Part shown: positions 12,053 through 23,699 of the stretch, one piece after another
Position numbering within the stretch: position 1 is the stretch's first letter
Layout: each line of letters starts with the position of its first letter
Source of the DNA: Podarcis vaucheri
Taxonomy: Eukaryota
Length of the DNA: 64,000 nt
NCBI GenBank assembly: GCA_965113315.1
Contig: OZ220366.1
Strand: one strand, 5' to 3'
Position numbers and translations under genes: made by a program
The notes under the pieces: model-generated
What the model saw: the letters and a program-made list of their open reading frames with translations, nothing else
Databases searched by the model: none
Told to the model about the DNA's origin: nothing

Positions 12053-12666
12053 TGTCATGAACTGGCAGACTGTGGGGAGGAAGAAGAGGATCCCAGCGAG
12101 GGATGGCGCTGGGACTGGGACACACTATGGCAAGCTGGGGATGGGGGAGGAGAGGTTGGCATAGGAAGTACTCAGAGGGTGACGGAGGATAGCAGGGGGA
12201 TGGAGGCCAATACACAGGAAGCAGAGCAGCAGGACCCGTTCTGAGAGCCAGGGGAGCTGCTGTCTCCATAAACATAGTGGGCTCTGAGGTGTGGGGTGCT
12301 CCAGGAGGCAGAGGAAGGCAAGAGCCCACAGCCCAGTTCACTGGCTCCAGGAGGAAGTGTGTGAGTCCTCAGCTGGAGTAGGCTTGGAGCAGGTGAGGGA
12401 CACCTGCCTCATCAAGCCCAGATGCTACAATCATCATGTTAAGTATAACTGGGCAGCAGAGTTGAAGTGCTGGGTCTGCTCAACTGCCTATGTTGATAGA
12501 CTTTAGCTTGAATGCACCAGTATCTCTGAGGCACTGTGCTTTGGTCTGGACTTTGGACACGTGGATTGACTCTGGACTGGGGACTTGATATCCTGACTTG
12601 CTGCCAAGTAGGCCAGGGGTTCAGGACATCTTGCTTGGGTATGTGTGGAAACTAGTCTATGATACA
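12053..12666 (+). mobile_element. LTR-like insertion within the hAT element
   Basis: Abrupt switch to purine/G-rich sequence starting TGTCATGA and ending ...tatgataca; TATA-like 'aagtataactggg' near 12442; ggact-rich 3' part. No clean TSD. Confidence 0.45.
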
Positions 12667-12727
12667 AAGGTTCTGTCCACTGTTCTGTCCATTTTTGCCT
12701 CTAGTCCCATCCATACCTGGCCTCATA

Positions 12728-12978
12728 CAGTGGTACCTCTGGTTACGAATTTAATTTGTTCCGGAGGTCCGTTCTTAACCTGAAACCGTTCTCAACCTGA
12801 GGTACCACTTTAGCTAACGGGTCTCCTGCTACCGCTGCACCGCTGGTGCAAGATTTCTGTTCTCATCCTTAAGTAAAGTTCTTAACCTGAGGTACTACTT
12901 CTGGGTTAGCAGAGTCTGTAACTCGAAGTGTTTGTAACCTGAGGTGTTAACTTTCAGTGGTAACCTGAAGTACCACTG
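12728..12978. mobile_element. Tc1/mariner (Tigger/pogo-like) MITE
   Basis: TA|CAGTGGTACCTC ... GAAGTACCACTG|TA; TA TSD; internal aacctgaggtac repeats. Confidence 0.9.
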
Positions 12979-13066
12979 TATTTAAGGCCCCCAGAAATGA
13001 GGCCCTTGGGGTGAAAAAGGATCCCAACCCCTGACCTAATGGGAGTTCAAATATTTAAAGTGTTGA

Positions 13067-13842
13067 AGGTACATTCTTTCACCTTTGGTGGACGTGCCCA
13101 AAGATTAAGGCTTTCTGGGAGATGATCTATAATGAAATGAAAAAGGTATTTAAATATACCTTCCTGAAGAAACCAGAGGCCTTCCACTTGGGCATAGTTG
13201 GCCAATTGGTGCCAAAGAAGGACAGAACTTTTTTTATGTATGCAACAACAGCAGCAAGAATATTGATTGCAAAGTATTGGAAGACACAAGATTTACCCAC
13301 ACTGGAAGAATGGCAGATGAAGGTGATGGAATACATGGAACTGGCAGAAATGACTGGCAGAATCCGAGATCAGGGAGAAGAGGCGGTGGAAGAAGACTGG
13401 AAGAAATTTAAAGACTACTTGCAGAAATACTGTAAAATTAATGAATGTTAAAGGGATGTTGGATTGAAAATAAGCGGTATTGGTAAAAAGATTAACAAGA
13501 ATATGTGAATACGGATTGATAATGGTTTAAAATATACAGTTATAATAGGATAAGATATTGAGTAAAAATAAATGATAGAGGGTAAGGATTTGCTGAACTA
13601 ACTATGTGAACTGGAATACAAAAAAGGGGGTGTGAGGAGGTCAGGGAACAAGTAAATGAAATATAAGTCATGAAAATATTGATTTCTTTTTAATTTTTTC
13701 TTATTTTTTACGTGTTTTGTCTTTCTATTTTTGCATCTCTTTTTCTTTTATTATTGTTATTCTTTTTTATTTTCTATTTTTAATTTTGTAACTTTTTATT
13801 GTCTGTTAAATTTCAATAAATATCTTTTTAAAAAAACAAAAA
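13067..13842 (+). mobile_element. 5'-truncated L1-clade LINE (ORF2 C-terminus, 3' UTR, A-rich tail)
   Basis: Frame 13068-13451: GTFFHLWWTCPKIKAFW...AARILIAKYWK...WQMKV...WKKFKDYL (H-x4-C half of the CCHC domain). AATAAA 13815-13820, A-tail, and an exact 19-bp TSD caaatatttaaagtgttga at 13048-13066 and 13843-13861. Confidence 0.92.
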
Positions 13843-14756
13843 CAAATATTTAAAGTGTTGAGTGTCCACCCACACATTGTGAAGCCCTTATTTTCATCTC
13901 CTAGCTAGGCTTCTATTGGAGATAATATGCCTGACAGATAAGTGGAAATTATTTATGGTGACTGATGATGGCAGCGCCATGCATCCATGCAATCAAGTAA
14001 TAGCTTGACATGATTTTATCCTAATTCTCTATCCCTAACAGAGACAGTTAAGGTCAGAAAATAAATCTCAAAAATCAATTGGGACATTTTCACAAATCAA
14101 GAGAGATGAAAGCCAACAGAAGGGTAATTTGGATAACTTCAATGTGTGTTACATCAATGTGTGTTTGTTCAATGTATAGACAAGCCAATGAGAGAACAGC
14201 AAAAAAAATTATGGTGATTCTATTTATGTGTAAATCTTCAAAGCAAAGACAGCACAGATGACCAAACTATAGATGACAGGGCTGCCACATACATTTTTTC
14301 CCCATGGATATCTTCCATTTGCAATTAAAGTGGGGAATGCGAGAGGTCTACTTTTGTTCTGAAAAATGTGCAATGGGAGAATTAAAACATGCCCCTTTCC
14401 ACTAACGTATCTCACTGTGTTCCATTATGCTGCACATTTTCTCTGAGTTCAGGTGTGGGGGTTGGCTTGAAATTGTTTCAGGCACTCTACCCCAACCTGG
14501 TGCACAATGGCTGTGAGGGCCAGGGATGATGAGCATTGTAGTCCCAAACACCTGAAGTGGAAAGGTGATAGAAGGAAAGGTGATAGAAGAACCAGTTTCA
14601 CTCACGTTCATGAAAAGAGGAGCCGCTCACTCTCCTCCATGTGAACAGTGAAGACAGGGGTGACTGTCCTGTCACATCCCGTTGGGCCCTAAGCATGCTG
14701 CTATATCAAAATGGGGGATATTTGCCTAGCAATAGAGAATTGGTCAGCCATTACCA

Positions 14757-14861
14757 TGTTTAGGGAAGTTTTTAATGACTGCTGTTTTAATGTATTTTTA
14801 ATATTTTGTTGGAAGCCACCCAAAATGGTTGGGGAAACCCAGCTAGATGGGCAGGGTATAA

Positions 14862-14910
<49 letters not shown>
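14757..14910 (+). mobile_element. L2 3'-end fragment with (TTA)n tail
   Basis: tttagggaagtttttaatg...ggaagccacccaaaatggttggggaaacccagctagatgggcagggtataaa(tta)n; same 3' end as the L2 at 37031. Confidence 0.8.
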
Positions 14911-14912
<2 letters not shown>

Positions 14913-15671
14913 TCTAATATCATCATCATCATTATGGAAAGCACTTTCTGCTGTTTCTGGTTAAGTGCAATTCTCTTTTTCTTTCTCTCCACTTACCCAC
15001 TATTGCTTAGAAGACAATTGAATGAAGCTAATGACTAGTAGCAGACGCTTTCTGGTTAGTGCCAGTGACATAAACTGGACATCATTTACATTTTCCGAAG
15101 CTAACTTTAGTTGGATCAGACTGCAGAGTGTTTGATAGAGACACTGTATGAAAAACAACTCCTCCCTTGCCTATAGCAGCATTTTAAAAATTCTACTCTG
15201 ATCACATGCTTGTCAGTTAAAACTAGGATAGCTGTGACAGTATATTTTTATTAAGACTACAGTATGTGTTTGTGTGCTTTGCTTTTAATTGGGGGAAATG
15301 ATTATTTTTGCATGAGGTAGTTCAAATCTAGCATCAAGGGAATGGTTATGGCATTTCATCTCGTACTCTGTTTGGCAATACACAGCAGCTGCTGGTATTC
15401 TCCAAATTAATTTTCCTCACCTTCAGTAGCAGATGCCACCGTGGTAGCTGTAAAATACTGTGAGCTCTGGAGGTTTCAAAGATTAAAAACAAGCCAAAGT
15501 CAAAGCTGAAAATAAATAAATTAATGAGCACGAAAAGAAGCTATTTCCTGCACTAAGAGGATATAATGCCTCTACTATGGTTACATTGGTTCTTCACCTC
15601 TGCCCCCACCCATATATTTAAGTATAAGAATTGCACGGTATGGTTGTTTTGTGATAGCATTTCCTGTGTTG

Positions 15672-15904
15672 GAATCAGAGAACTGGAGAGTTGGAAGAGC
15701 CATCAAGTCCAATCCCCTGAAATGCCAATGCATCTCTAACAGATGGCCATCTGATTTCTGCTTTGAGACCTTCAATGAAGGAGCGTTCACCACCTTCCAA
15801 AGCAGGCCACTGTCTACTTTCCACCGTCAAACAGCTATTAGTGTCATAAAGTTCCTCCTAATGTTTGGTTGGAATCTCCTTTCTTGTAATTTGAATCCAT
15901 TGGT
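15672..15904 (-). mobile_element. CR1 LINE 3' fragment
   Basis: The minus strand reads VNAPSLKVSKQKSDGHLLEM (a degenerate CR1 ORF2 end, VxSPSLEVFKQRLDxHL), followed by a ttccaactct...tgattc tail. Confidence 0.75.
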
Positions 15905-15921
15905 TTGGGTAAAGGTAGAAA

Positions 15922-16311
15922 GACGCGGGTGGCGCTGTGGTCTAAACCACTGAGCCTCTTGGGCTTGCCGATCAGAAGGTTGGTGGTTCAAATCCCCATG
16001 GCGGGGTGAGCTCCCATTACTCAGTCCCAGCTCCTGCCAACCTAGCCGTTCGAAAGCACGCCAAAAAGTCCAAGTAGATTAATAGGTACCACTCCGGTGG
16101 GGAGGTAAATGGCATTTCCGTGCACTGCTCTGATGTCAGTGTTCTGTTGCGCCAGAAGCAGCTTAGTCATGCTGGCCACATGACTCAGAAAAACTGTCTG
16201 CGGAGTGAACAAATGCCAGTTCCCTTGGCCTCTAAAGCGAGATGAGCGCTGCAACCCCAGAGTCGGTCATGACTGGACTTAACTGTCAGGGGTCCCTTTA
16301 CCTTTACCTTT
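15922..16311 (+). mobile_element. Sauria SINE
   Basis: tRNA-like head gacgcgggtggcgctgtggtc...ggttcaaatccc, body ctgccaacctagccgttcgaaagcac, tail (acctttt)-type tttacctttaccttt. Confidence 0.9.
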
Positions 16312-16410
16312 AAAAAGATAAAGGACCCCTGGTTGGTTACGTCCAGTCAAAGGCAACTATGGTTGGGTAAAGGTAGAAAGACGCGGGTGGCGCTGTGGTC
16401 TAAACCACTC

Positions 16411-16518
16411 CTGACATATGGTTGTCAAGCCTCTGCTTAAACACCTCCAAAGAAGGAGACTCCACCACACTCCTTGGCAGCAAATTCCACTGTCCTTGGC
16501 AGCAAATTCCACTGTTCC
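16411..16518 (-). mobile_element. Second CR1 fragment with a 22-bp tandem duplication
   Basis: ctctgcttaaacacctccaaagaaggagactccaccac; tccttggcagcaaattccactg twice (16471-16492, 16493-16514). Confidence 0.7.
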
Positions 16519-19500
16519 AATTACTTAGAAAGCAAGTAATTGACAAGGATTTCCTTTCCCCATTTGGCCTTTATGAACCTGGCAGGTGAACGTCAGCTTC
16601 AGTGATGACCTTTAAGAACATTCTACAATATCATTGTTTCTGACCAGAACAAGTCATAATAAGTTTAACTTCATCCATAAAATAGCAATGAAGCTGTGAT
16701 GATTCATTTGGGCAAAAAGTGAGGAGGGAATGGTGAAGTCCATTGTTGTTCCTGGACTTTTAAGATTTTAGCTGTTTGTCATTTCCTACTGTATTTCCAG
16801 AAATCACTGGTAGTTGGGCTGGCTACTTGCAACGTGATCAGATGAATCACAATCCTTCATAAAAGGTGTTTGTATATATTATAGCAGTAGAGTATGTTGT
16901 AGTACATGCCTCAAAGGTCCATTGTTGAGGAATGCTCCCTTCCACTCATGGCAAGTGTAATATCTACAGCCTTTAATGGCAAGGAGGAGAATGATGTTAT
17001 AAAGTTCTCACATTTGTAGCACAGAAAAAGAGGAATAAATAAATTTAGTAGGCAACGGATGATTAGGAAATGGAAAAAGAGGAGGAGAAAACAGACAGAG
17101 ACTTGAGGGACAGATCTTAATTAAGGGAAGGAAGGTAGCAGGGTCAAGTCTACAGCTTGTTAGAGCCATTACAGAAGAAGATGGAAAGTATCTGGCAGCA
17201 GTCCCAGTTAACGTTCAGAAACAGGAGGTTTCTGATTATCAGGAATGCTTGATAATTGCAGGGCTCTCTCTATGTGAAGCAGTATTTGGTAGTAACTGTT
17301 TAAATACCCTAGTAAAAGTATTTATTTATTTTTGGCCTTTGTATGCTGCCCAGTCAACCATGTCCTCTTGGGGTTTCATAATTTAAAATCCATAAAATAA
17401 ATATAATAACAATTCAAAGAATCATCATAAAACAAGTATAAAACCCATGATATTTTACTGTGCTAACAGTGCCAGAATATGATTAACAAAAGTGTACCTG
17501 TGAGTGATTTTGTTTCTGTGTGTGAGCATTTGTGTGCAAGAGAGAAAGATTTTAAACAGAGAAATGACTTGTGATAGTCACCACTGATACAAGCACTTCA
17601 AACTTTGTCCCAGACAGTTGCTACAGACTATAATGCTATAGAAATGCTCTAGTTACCTATCTGGAATAGATAGCGTGTGAAGCCAGCTTCAGGCTTGTCT
17701 TTTGTTTATGTTCCTGTTTCTTCAAAAATCAAAAGAAACTACAAGATACTTGTCAGCTTTCTCATTTCAGCTCATGTAACTGTGTCCTGGAATCCATATT
17801 ATAACATATTTTATCTTGCCACCACACACTACTGAGAAACGTCAATACAAATGATAGAGTAGAAGACTACCTAACAGCTTCTCTCTATGTGTTGACCCCC
17901 ATTGCTCCGAAGTCATACTGAAAATATTATCGCCTTTCTATGCCAGAAGGTTTTTCCTAGTCTCTGTTGCTTTCTCTGAAGATGTATTGTACTGTATAGC
18001 CCATATTTCCATTATCAAGGTTGGCAGGTTTGGAGCAGTGTTTCTAAAGGGTTTGTTAAGAAATTACCCAGAGACTGTTGTGTCTGGTGAAAAAAACAAA
18101 CCTCGCTGACTGTAGGTTTTATTACAAAATAAGATAGCATAAAAATAAGCACAAAGCTCAGTAATGTGAAAAACAGTGTCTTAATAGATAGAGCAACATG
18201 GAGTCAGTGGTTAATTGGATTTATTGTTAAAAATTAAAATAAATCCCTGCCTTTTCAAAAGCTGTAGTTATGAAACCGCCTGTGCAGAAGAGATGATGAA
18301 CACATGGAAGCCAGGAGTTGGGCCTTACATTTCAATTTTGCTTCCTTGCCCTCCAAATATGTAGACTGCATTCAGATGTGGCGTTTATTGCATTAGTTTT
18401 ATTGGTTATAATGCTAGAGCATCTGTCACAATTTCTAACATTCCTTTTATAATGCAGTGTTTATTTTTTCTTTGGATGGGTGTAACATTTCAGTTAACTA
18501 AATGACTCTTAACGGTTCCCAATTTTTCCTAATTAATTCTTGGTAGTGTTTTTGGTATCTGACTCTGCTTCCATGTTCCTAGCAAAGTAAATTCTTTCAT
18601 GAGCTGCTGTGTATTTGTGTTTCATATACCTTTTTATTTAAATTGCATCGTGTATAATTTAAAAAGGTACACTTGTTTCCACCTAAAATATTTTCTTAAT
18701 GATTGTTATAACCATTTGCCATAATATTCTGGCTTTCCTACACCTACATCACATATGAAAAAGATATCCCTTTTCCTCGTGACAGATACAGCATTTTCCA
18801 TCCTTCACCCTACTGGTCATTGAGTTCTTCAGGGACGGTCCAGTGCTACAGAGATGCCATTTTAATGCAGTTTTCCTTATAAATGGTTGCAACTGAAAAG
18901 TCAGATCATTCTCTAAATTTCCAGACTTCCATTCTCATTTCTTTTGCATGTCTATGTTCCACTTCAACACACACACATACATATTTACCATGAGCAATAT
19001 TCAACCATGTACTGTAGTTATGTTAGTGCAACAATTTTAGCTGTATCTCTCCCCACCCCCATCTACTTCATTGTGGCAATGAAGATAGTACAAAAATGAA
19101 GTAGTCGCCATGGCAGCAGAACCAGCCATTTTAAAAAAAGGATGCAGAAGTTCTGGAATGGGGTAGATTAACATTATATCTCTCTTTCTCTCAGCAAGTG
19201 TAGATGTAAACCTAAAGCAATGTGACTTTGGAAGGGTTGAACTCAAGGAAATAAATTTTACTTGGCATTTCTGTGAATAAAGCAAATCCATCTCTCAAAA
19301 TCTTTGCAGATGCTATCTCACCATGCACTCTGCTTCCCAAAACAAGATTTGAATTTCACAAATGAAATTAGAGTGGCAAGGCCTTGCCCTGAATAGAAAC
19401 TAATCCTTCAGAGTCTTTACCCTGAAGCTGCTCATGTAATCTACAAACTTGTTAATGTGCAAGTTTTGCTAATTCACTCACAATAACCTGTAATATTAAT

Positions 19501-20544
19501 GCAGGCAAGTGTCAATATTAACATTCAGTATTAGATGCATAAAATGCTTCCTGTTTGCCTTTTAAATAATAAAAAATGTGCACTGTAAGATTCAGGTATA
19601 TCACTCTGAAATTTGTATTTTATTCGAGCAATCCAGATCTCATTACATTAGGCAAACACTGTACTAGCGGAAAGTGGATCATGTAAATACCTCTAATATT
19701 ATTCATGAATTTTCTCTTCTGCAGTGGGTTGAAAATATGCTACAGATATTCTCTTATAAATGACCTTGTTTAAGTTTTAGTATTGTATTCCTATATATTT
19801 TCATTACTATTTAAGAGGCTTTGATTTACTTCGCTAGGTGTGATTTAATATTTCCCTGTTCTTACTGTTCATCTGCATTTTCACTATATTTTAGTTCCTT
19901 TTCTTCCCCATATCCTCTCCAGACCTTGCTGGTCTGTTGTCGCTGATTTCTATCCCTGGTTTGAACTGCCACCTATACTTAATACGTTTAGCCTTAGACA
20001 AAGTTTTAATGTAGCTTTTAAAAATCAGTCCATAAGTTATGACTACTTTTTGCTGTGTCATCCACTGGTAGAAATGAGCCCATTAAATACTTGTTATAAG
20101 CTGTCTTGCAGTGTAATGCCGCTAGTATATTGGCTGCAGGGAAAATAAGACTTGCTGTTAAAACACTTCAGAGCATAGAAAGAGAGGTGTACATGCCATG
20201 TATAGTAATGTCATTGCAATCACCTTAGGGCACTGAACTTGTCTTGATTTTTTAAAAAAATCCTATTAGCAGAAAATGGTGCTTTTGATGAGCTTTTAGA
20301 ATTCATAATAGATATATGTCTCATGAAAACATGCATGACAAGAGAGCTATATGTAATCCACATATATGAGCAGACTCTCTCTCTCTCTAGTCTGCTCACA
20401 CATGTGGACAACATCCTCATGTATACATACATGTACAGACATCATTGCTTACTATGATAGGAATGTATCCTCATATGCTTTCCCCTCTCCTTTCCTCCTT
20501 CAGATGCTTTTGTTCCTAATTATCCAAGTTTAATGCAGGTTTAA

Positions 20545-20957
20545 TGAGAGCTGGACCATAAAGAAGGCTGATCGCTGAAGAATTGATGTTTTTGAATTAT
20601 GGTGCTGGAGGAGACTCTTGAGAGTCCCATGGACTGCAAGAAGATCAAACCTATCCATTCTGAAGGAAATCAGCCCTGAGTGCTCACTGGAAGGACAGAT
20701 TGTGAAGCTGAGACTCCAATACTTTGGCCACCTCATGAGAAGAGAAGACTCGCTGGAAAAGACCCTGATGTTGGGAAAGATGGAGGGCACAAGGAGAAGG
20801 GGACGACAGAGGATGAGATGGTTGGACAGTGTTATCGAAGGTACCAGCATGAGTTTGACCGAACTGCAGGAGGCAGTGGAAGACAGAAGTGCCTGGCAAG
20901 CTCTGGTCCATGGGGTCACGAAGAGTCGGGCACGACCAAACGACTAAACAACAACAA
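20545..20957 (+). mobile_element. BovB (RTE clade) LINE 3' fragment
   Basis: ESWTIKKA...FELWCWRRLLRVPWTARRSNLSILKEISPECSLEG...YFGHLMRREDSLEKTLMLGKMEGTRRRGRQRMRWLD; (CAA)n tail; in-frame stop near 20576. Confidence 0.95.
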
Positions 20958-21032
20958 GGTTGATTAAAAAATAAATAAAAACAAAAACTTCTGAACCCCT
21001 CCATGTAGCTGTACCAGAAGTCTGGGAGGAGG

Positions 21033-21203
21033 AGGGCTATAGTTCCACAGTAGAGCAGCTGCGTTGCATACCGAAAATCCCAGTTTGAATCTCAGGCATC
21101 TCCAAGCAGAGCTGGGAATGTCTTCTCCTGGAAACCCTGGAGAATTTCTGCCAATCACTGTGGCCAATGCTGAGCTTGATGGGCCAACATTCTGATTCGG
21201 TAT
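21033..21203 (+). mobile_element. tRNA-derived SINE (Squam3-like), degenerate
   Basis: Head gggctatagttccacagtagagcag...cccagtttgaatctcaggcatctcc; body gctgggaa...aaaccctggaga...ctgccaatca...ctgagcttgatgggccaa. Confidence 0.75.
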
Positions 21204-22604
21204 TGACCCAGGAGAGGCCAGGTTTGTGCCCATCACATTAATCTCTGCTCATGCTATTTTTGGTTCTTGAGGTGCTACAAAAGCTTGAAGCCTGTTTGAC
21301 GACAAATTATGTGATTCAGGAGAAGTAAGTGTATCACCTTGCTCTAACATGGCACTTTCAGCTCTCTAAAATGGAACCATAGTCTGCCTCTAATCTAATG
21401 CAGTATGAGAAGTGTTGCCCCTTTCCATTATTCTGTAGCAAAATTAGTGGACCTTAAAAATTCTGCCATAAAGCCATATTGCACTAACAACATAAGGCTT
21501 TCCGTGAATGAATCTTTATAACATCGTTAGCTTTGCCTCTGGTCTTTAGCTCCCACTATAAAAAAACCCCTTTTACATATTCTTTACCATTCTCTCCCTC
21601 CCTCCTTCCTCTCCTGCTTAAGTTCAGCAATTTTAGCAACTGGTTCTAATTTTGGGTCTTTTGCTTCTGCCAGTGCACTTGCAAGAACTCTCAGTAATAT
21701 TCTCCAAGCAGGTGATGGCTCTGTGGCGTCCAGGGTCTTCTGCTTTATGACTCTAGCCATTACATTTTGGAATGCCATCTCTGAAAGGCTACTTGAAAAC
21801 CCTTCACTCAGATTTTCATTACTACATAATAGCCATCCTTCTGGAGACGTGCCCTCTTGCATAAAAAAGAAAATGAAGTAAGCTTATTCTGACAATAGCC
21901 CGAGCACATGCTATGCCTGAGAGTGGAGATGGTACAACACAAAAGCAACCTCATCTTGTTTTCTAATCACTTTACAAAGCAAAGTCAAGACATTTTAATT
22001 TATTTTTTTGCTTTTGCTTTTAGATAAAAGGCATTCAACTGAGTTTCACTCCATTGAACCCAGTCTGCAGAACTGACAACATACCTTGAAAAGATTCCTT
22101 CAGTAGATAATTAGATCAGTATAATACAAGTATAGCATGAATTAACCTTTGCACTCACATGTGAACGCAGTCATATATTCTTGGTGTGAATTGTTTTCAC
22201 TGATTAGCAGGGCTGTCTATTAGGAATTGTAACGTATTGATTGGTGCAAAATGGCAGCAATTAGAGATTTTTGAAAGGTCCAGAGGCTCACAGATTAGCC
22301 ACATCATGCTAGTAGTTATGGGTTTTAAATAAAGAAGATAGAAGATGTGTTGAATTTTGAAGCAGAAGAGTTCTTAATCATTTCATTATGAAAAGTAATG
22401 GCGTAGCTTATTTTCTATGGTAACCTGACCTCCCCTTCACATTAGGCGAGACCAGATTTTCAGATTATTGTCTTTACTCTTTACCATGATCATTTATAAT
22501 AATAGCTTGATTCATGCAACCATTTTTAATGTATTGAAATTAGCACAAGTTCACATTTTGGTGTGCTGGGCACATTTGTGATTAAGCATGTTTCCAGATC
22601 ATGA

Positions 22605-22667
22605 CTTTATTTATTTATTTATTTATTTATTTAGTAAGTAAGTAAGTAAGTAAGTAAAGTAAGTAAA
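22605..22667. repeat. (TTTA)n + (GTAA)n compound microsatellite, probably an L2-type tail
   Basis: Directly visible. Confidence 0.9.
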
Positions 22668-23652
22668 CCTCCCTTCATCCAAAGATCACAGGGTGGTTCA
22701 CAAAATAAGAAAAGACTAATATGGATTGGTTATATTTCAGTCTGCTTAGGTGAGCTGAAAGAGAAGTTGTCTTGAAAAGTTTTAAACTGGAAGAAGTCAG
22801 ATTGGGCTATTAAATGAAAAGGAGGCAGGGGTTTTAAGCCTTTCCATTATAACTTTTATATGATTTTGTCATGAATGATAGATGTGTGAGTAATTGATAT
22901 TATAGTTTGAGTATAAAATGTTTAAGTAAAATATACTCTGAATGTTCATGTTACGTATATTGAATACAGGGACAAGCTGCCTCTAGTTTTGTACAAGTGT
23001 ATACTTGTTCATTTGTATTACTCTGCTATTACTCTACACAGGCACAAACTGCACATTCATTGAAAGTTACATGTGCATCACTTTACAAGTGTACAGCTCA
23101 ACTGTTTTCCATACACAGATTGCATTCTTGCTGAATGTAACGTGTGAATGTTCAATGCTAAAATGGTAGAATTTGTCTGACACAGTTTAATCATTTTGGT
23201 GTTGTCTTTTTAGAGTATACAATTGTATCCTTTTAAAATTGGTTTTGTATTTGTTCGCCCAGGTTGTCTCGATAAAGAGAAATGGTTGAAAATGCCAGGA
23301 AGCTGTATATTGCATTTTCTAAAGGGTGGGATTTTCTTTTGTTTTTGTCCTTGCTAATCAGCCTTCACTTTGCCTGCCCTTCTATGTCCTTTTTGTTCAC
23401 AGACTGCTGAGATGTTCTGCTGTTTCCCTACTCCATTTTCATGTGGGGGTCCTAACTTCTTCCCTTCCTCCCTTTTCTATATTCTTCCATGTGGCCCCAC
23501 AGCAAACCATGAATAATGGCTCCCCTTAGCTTGTAAGGATCAAGTTGCTGAAGGAGGAACTAAAAAGATGAATAAGTGTTAATGAAAGGCTCACCTTTCC
23601 CCAACTCTCTGAGAACAGAATTAGGCTGGGGAGCACAATTCAAGACAAATAT

Positions 23653-23699
<47 letters not shown>
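23653..23699. repeat. (TTG)n microsatellite
   Basis: Directly visible; explains the poly-Leu ORF 23653..23853. Confidence 0.95.

Larger units (their letters stand above)
11875..13033. mobile_element. hAT-type non-autonomous DNA transposon carrying nested insertions
   Basis: Ends aagggatggggaacct ... aggatcccaacccctg (CAGGG-type TIR); 8-bp TSD tcctaatg (11867-11874) / acctaatg (13034-13041), 7/8 match. Confidence 0.7.

Noticed and set aside
21255-21290. Penelope-like tail motif (ttgaggtgctacaa; also ~34365)
   Set aside because: Too short and degenerate to support a call.
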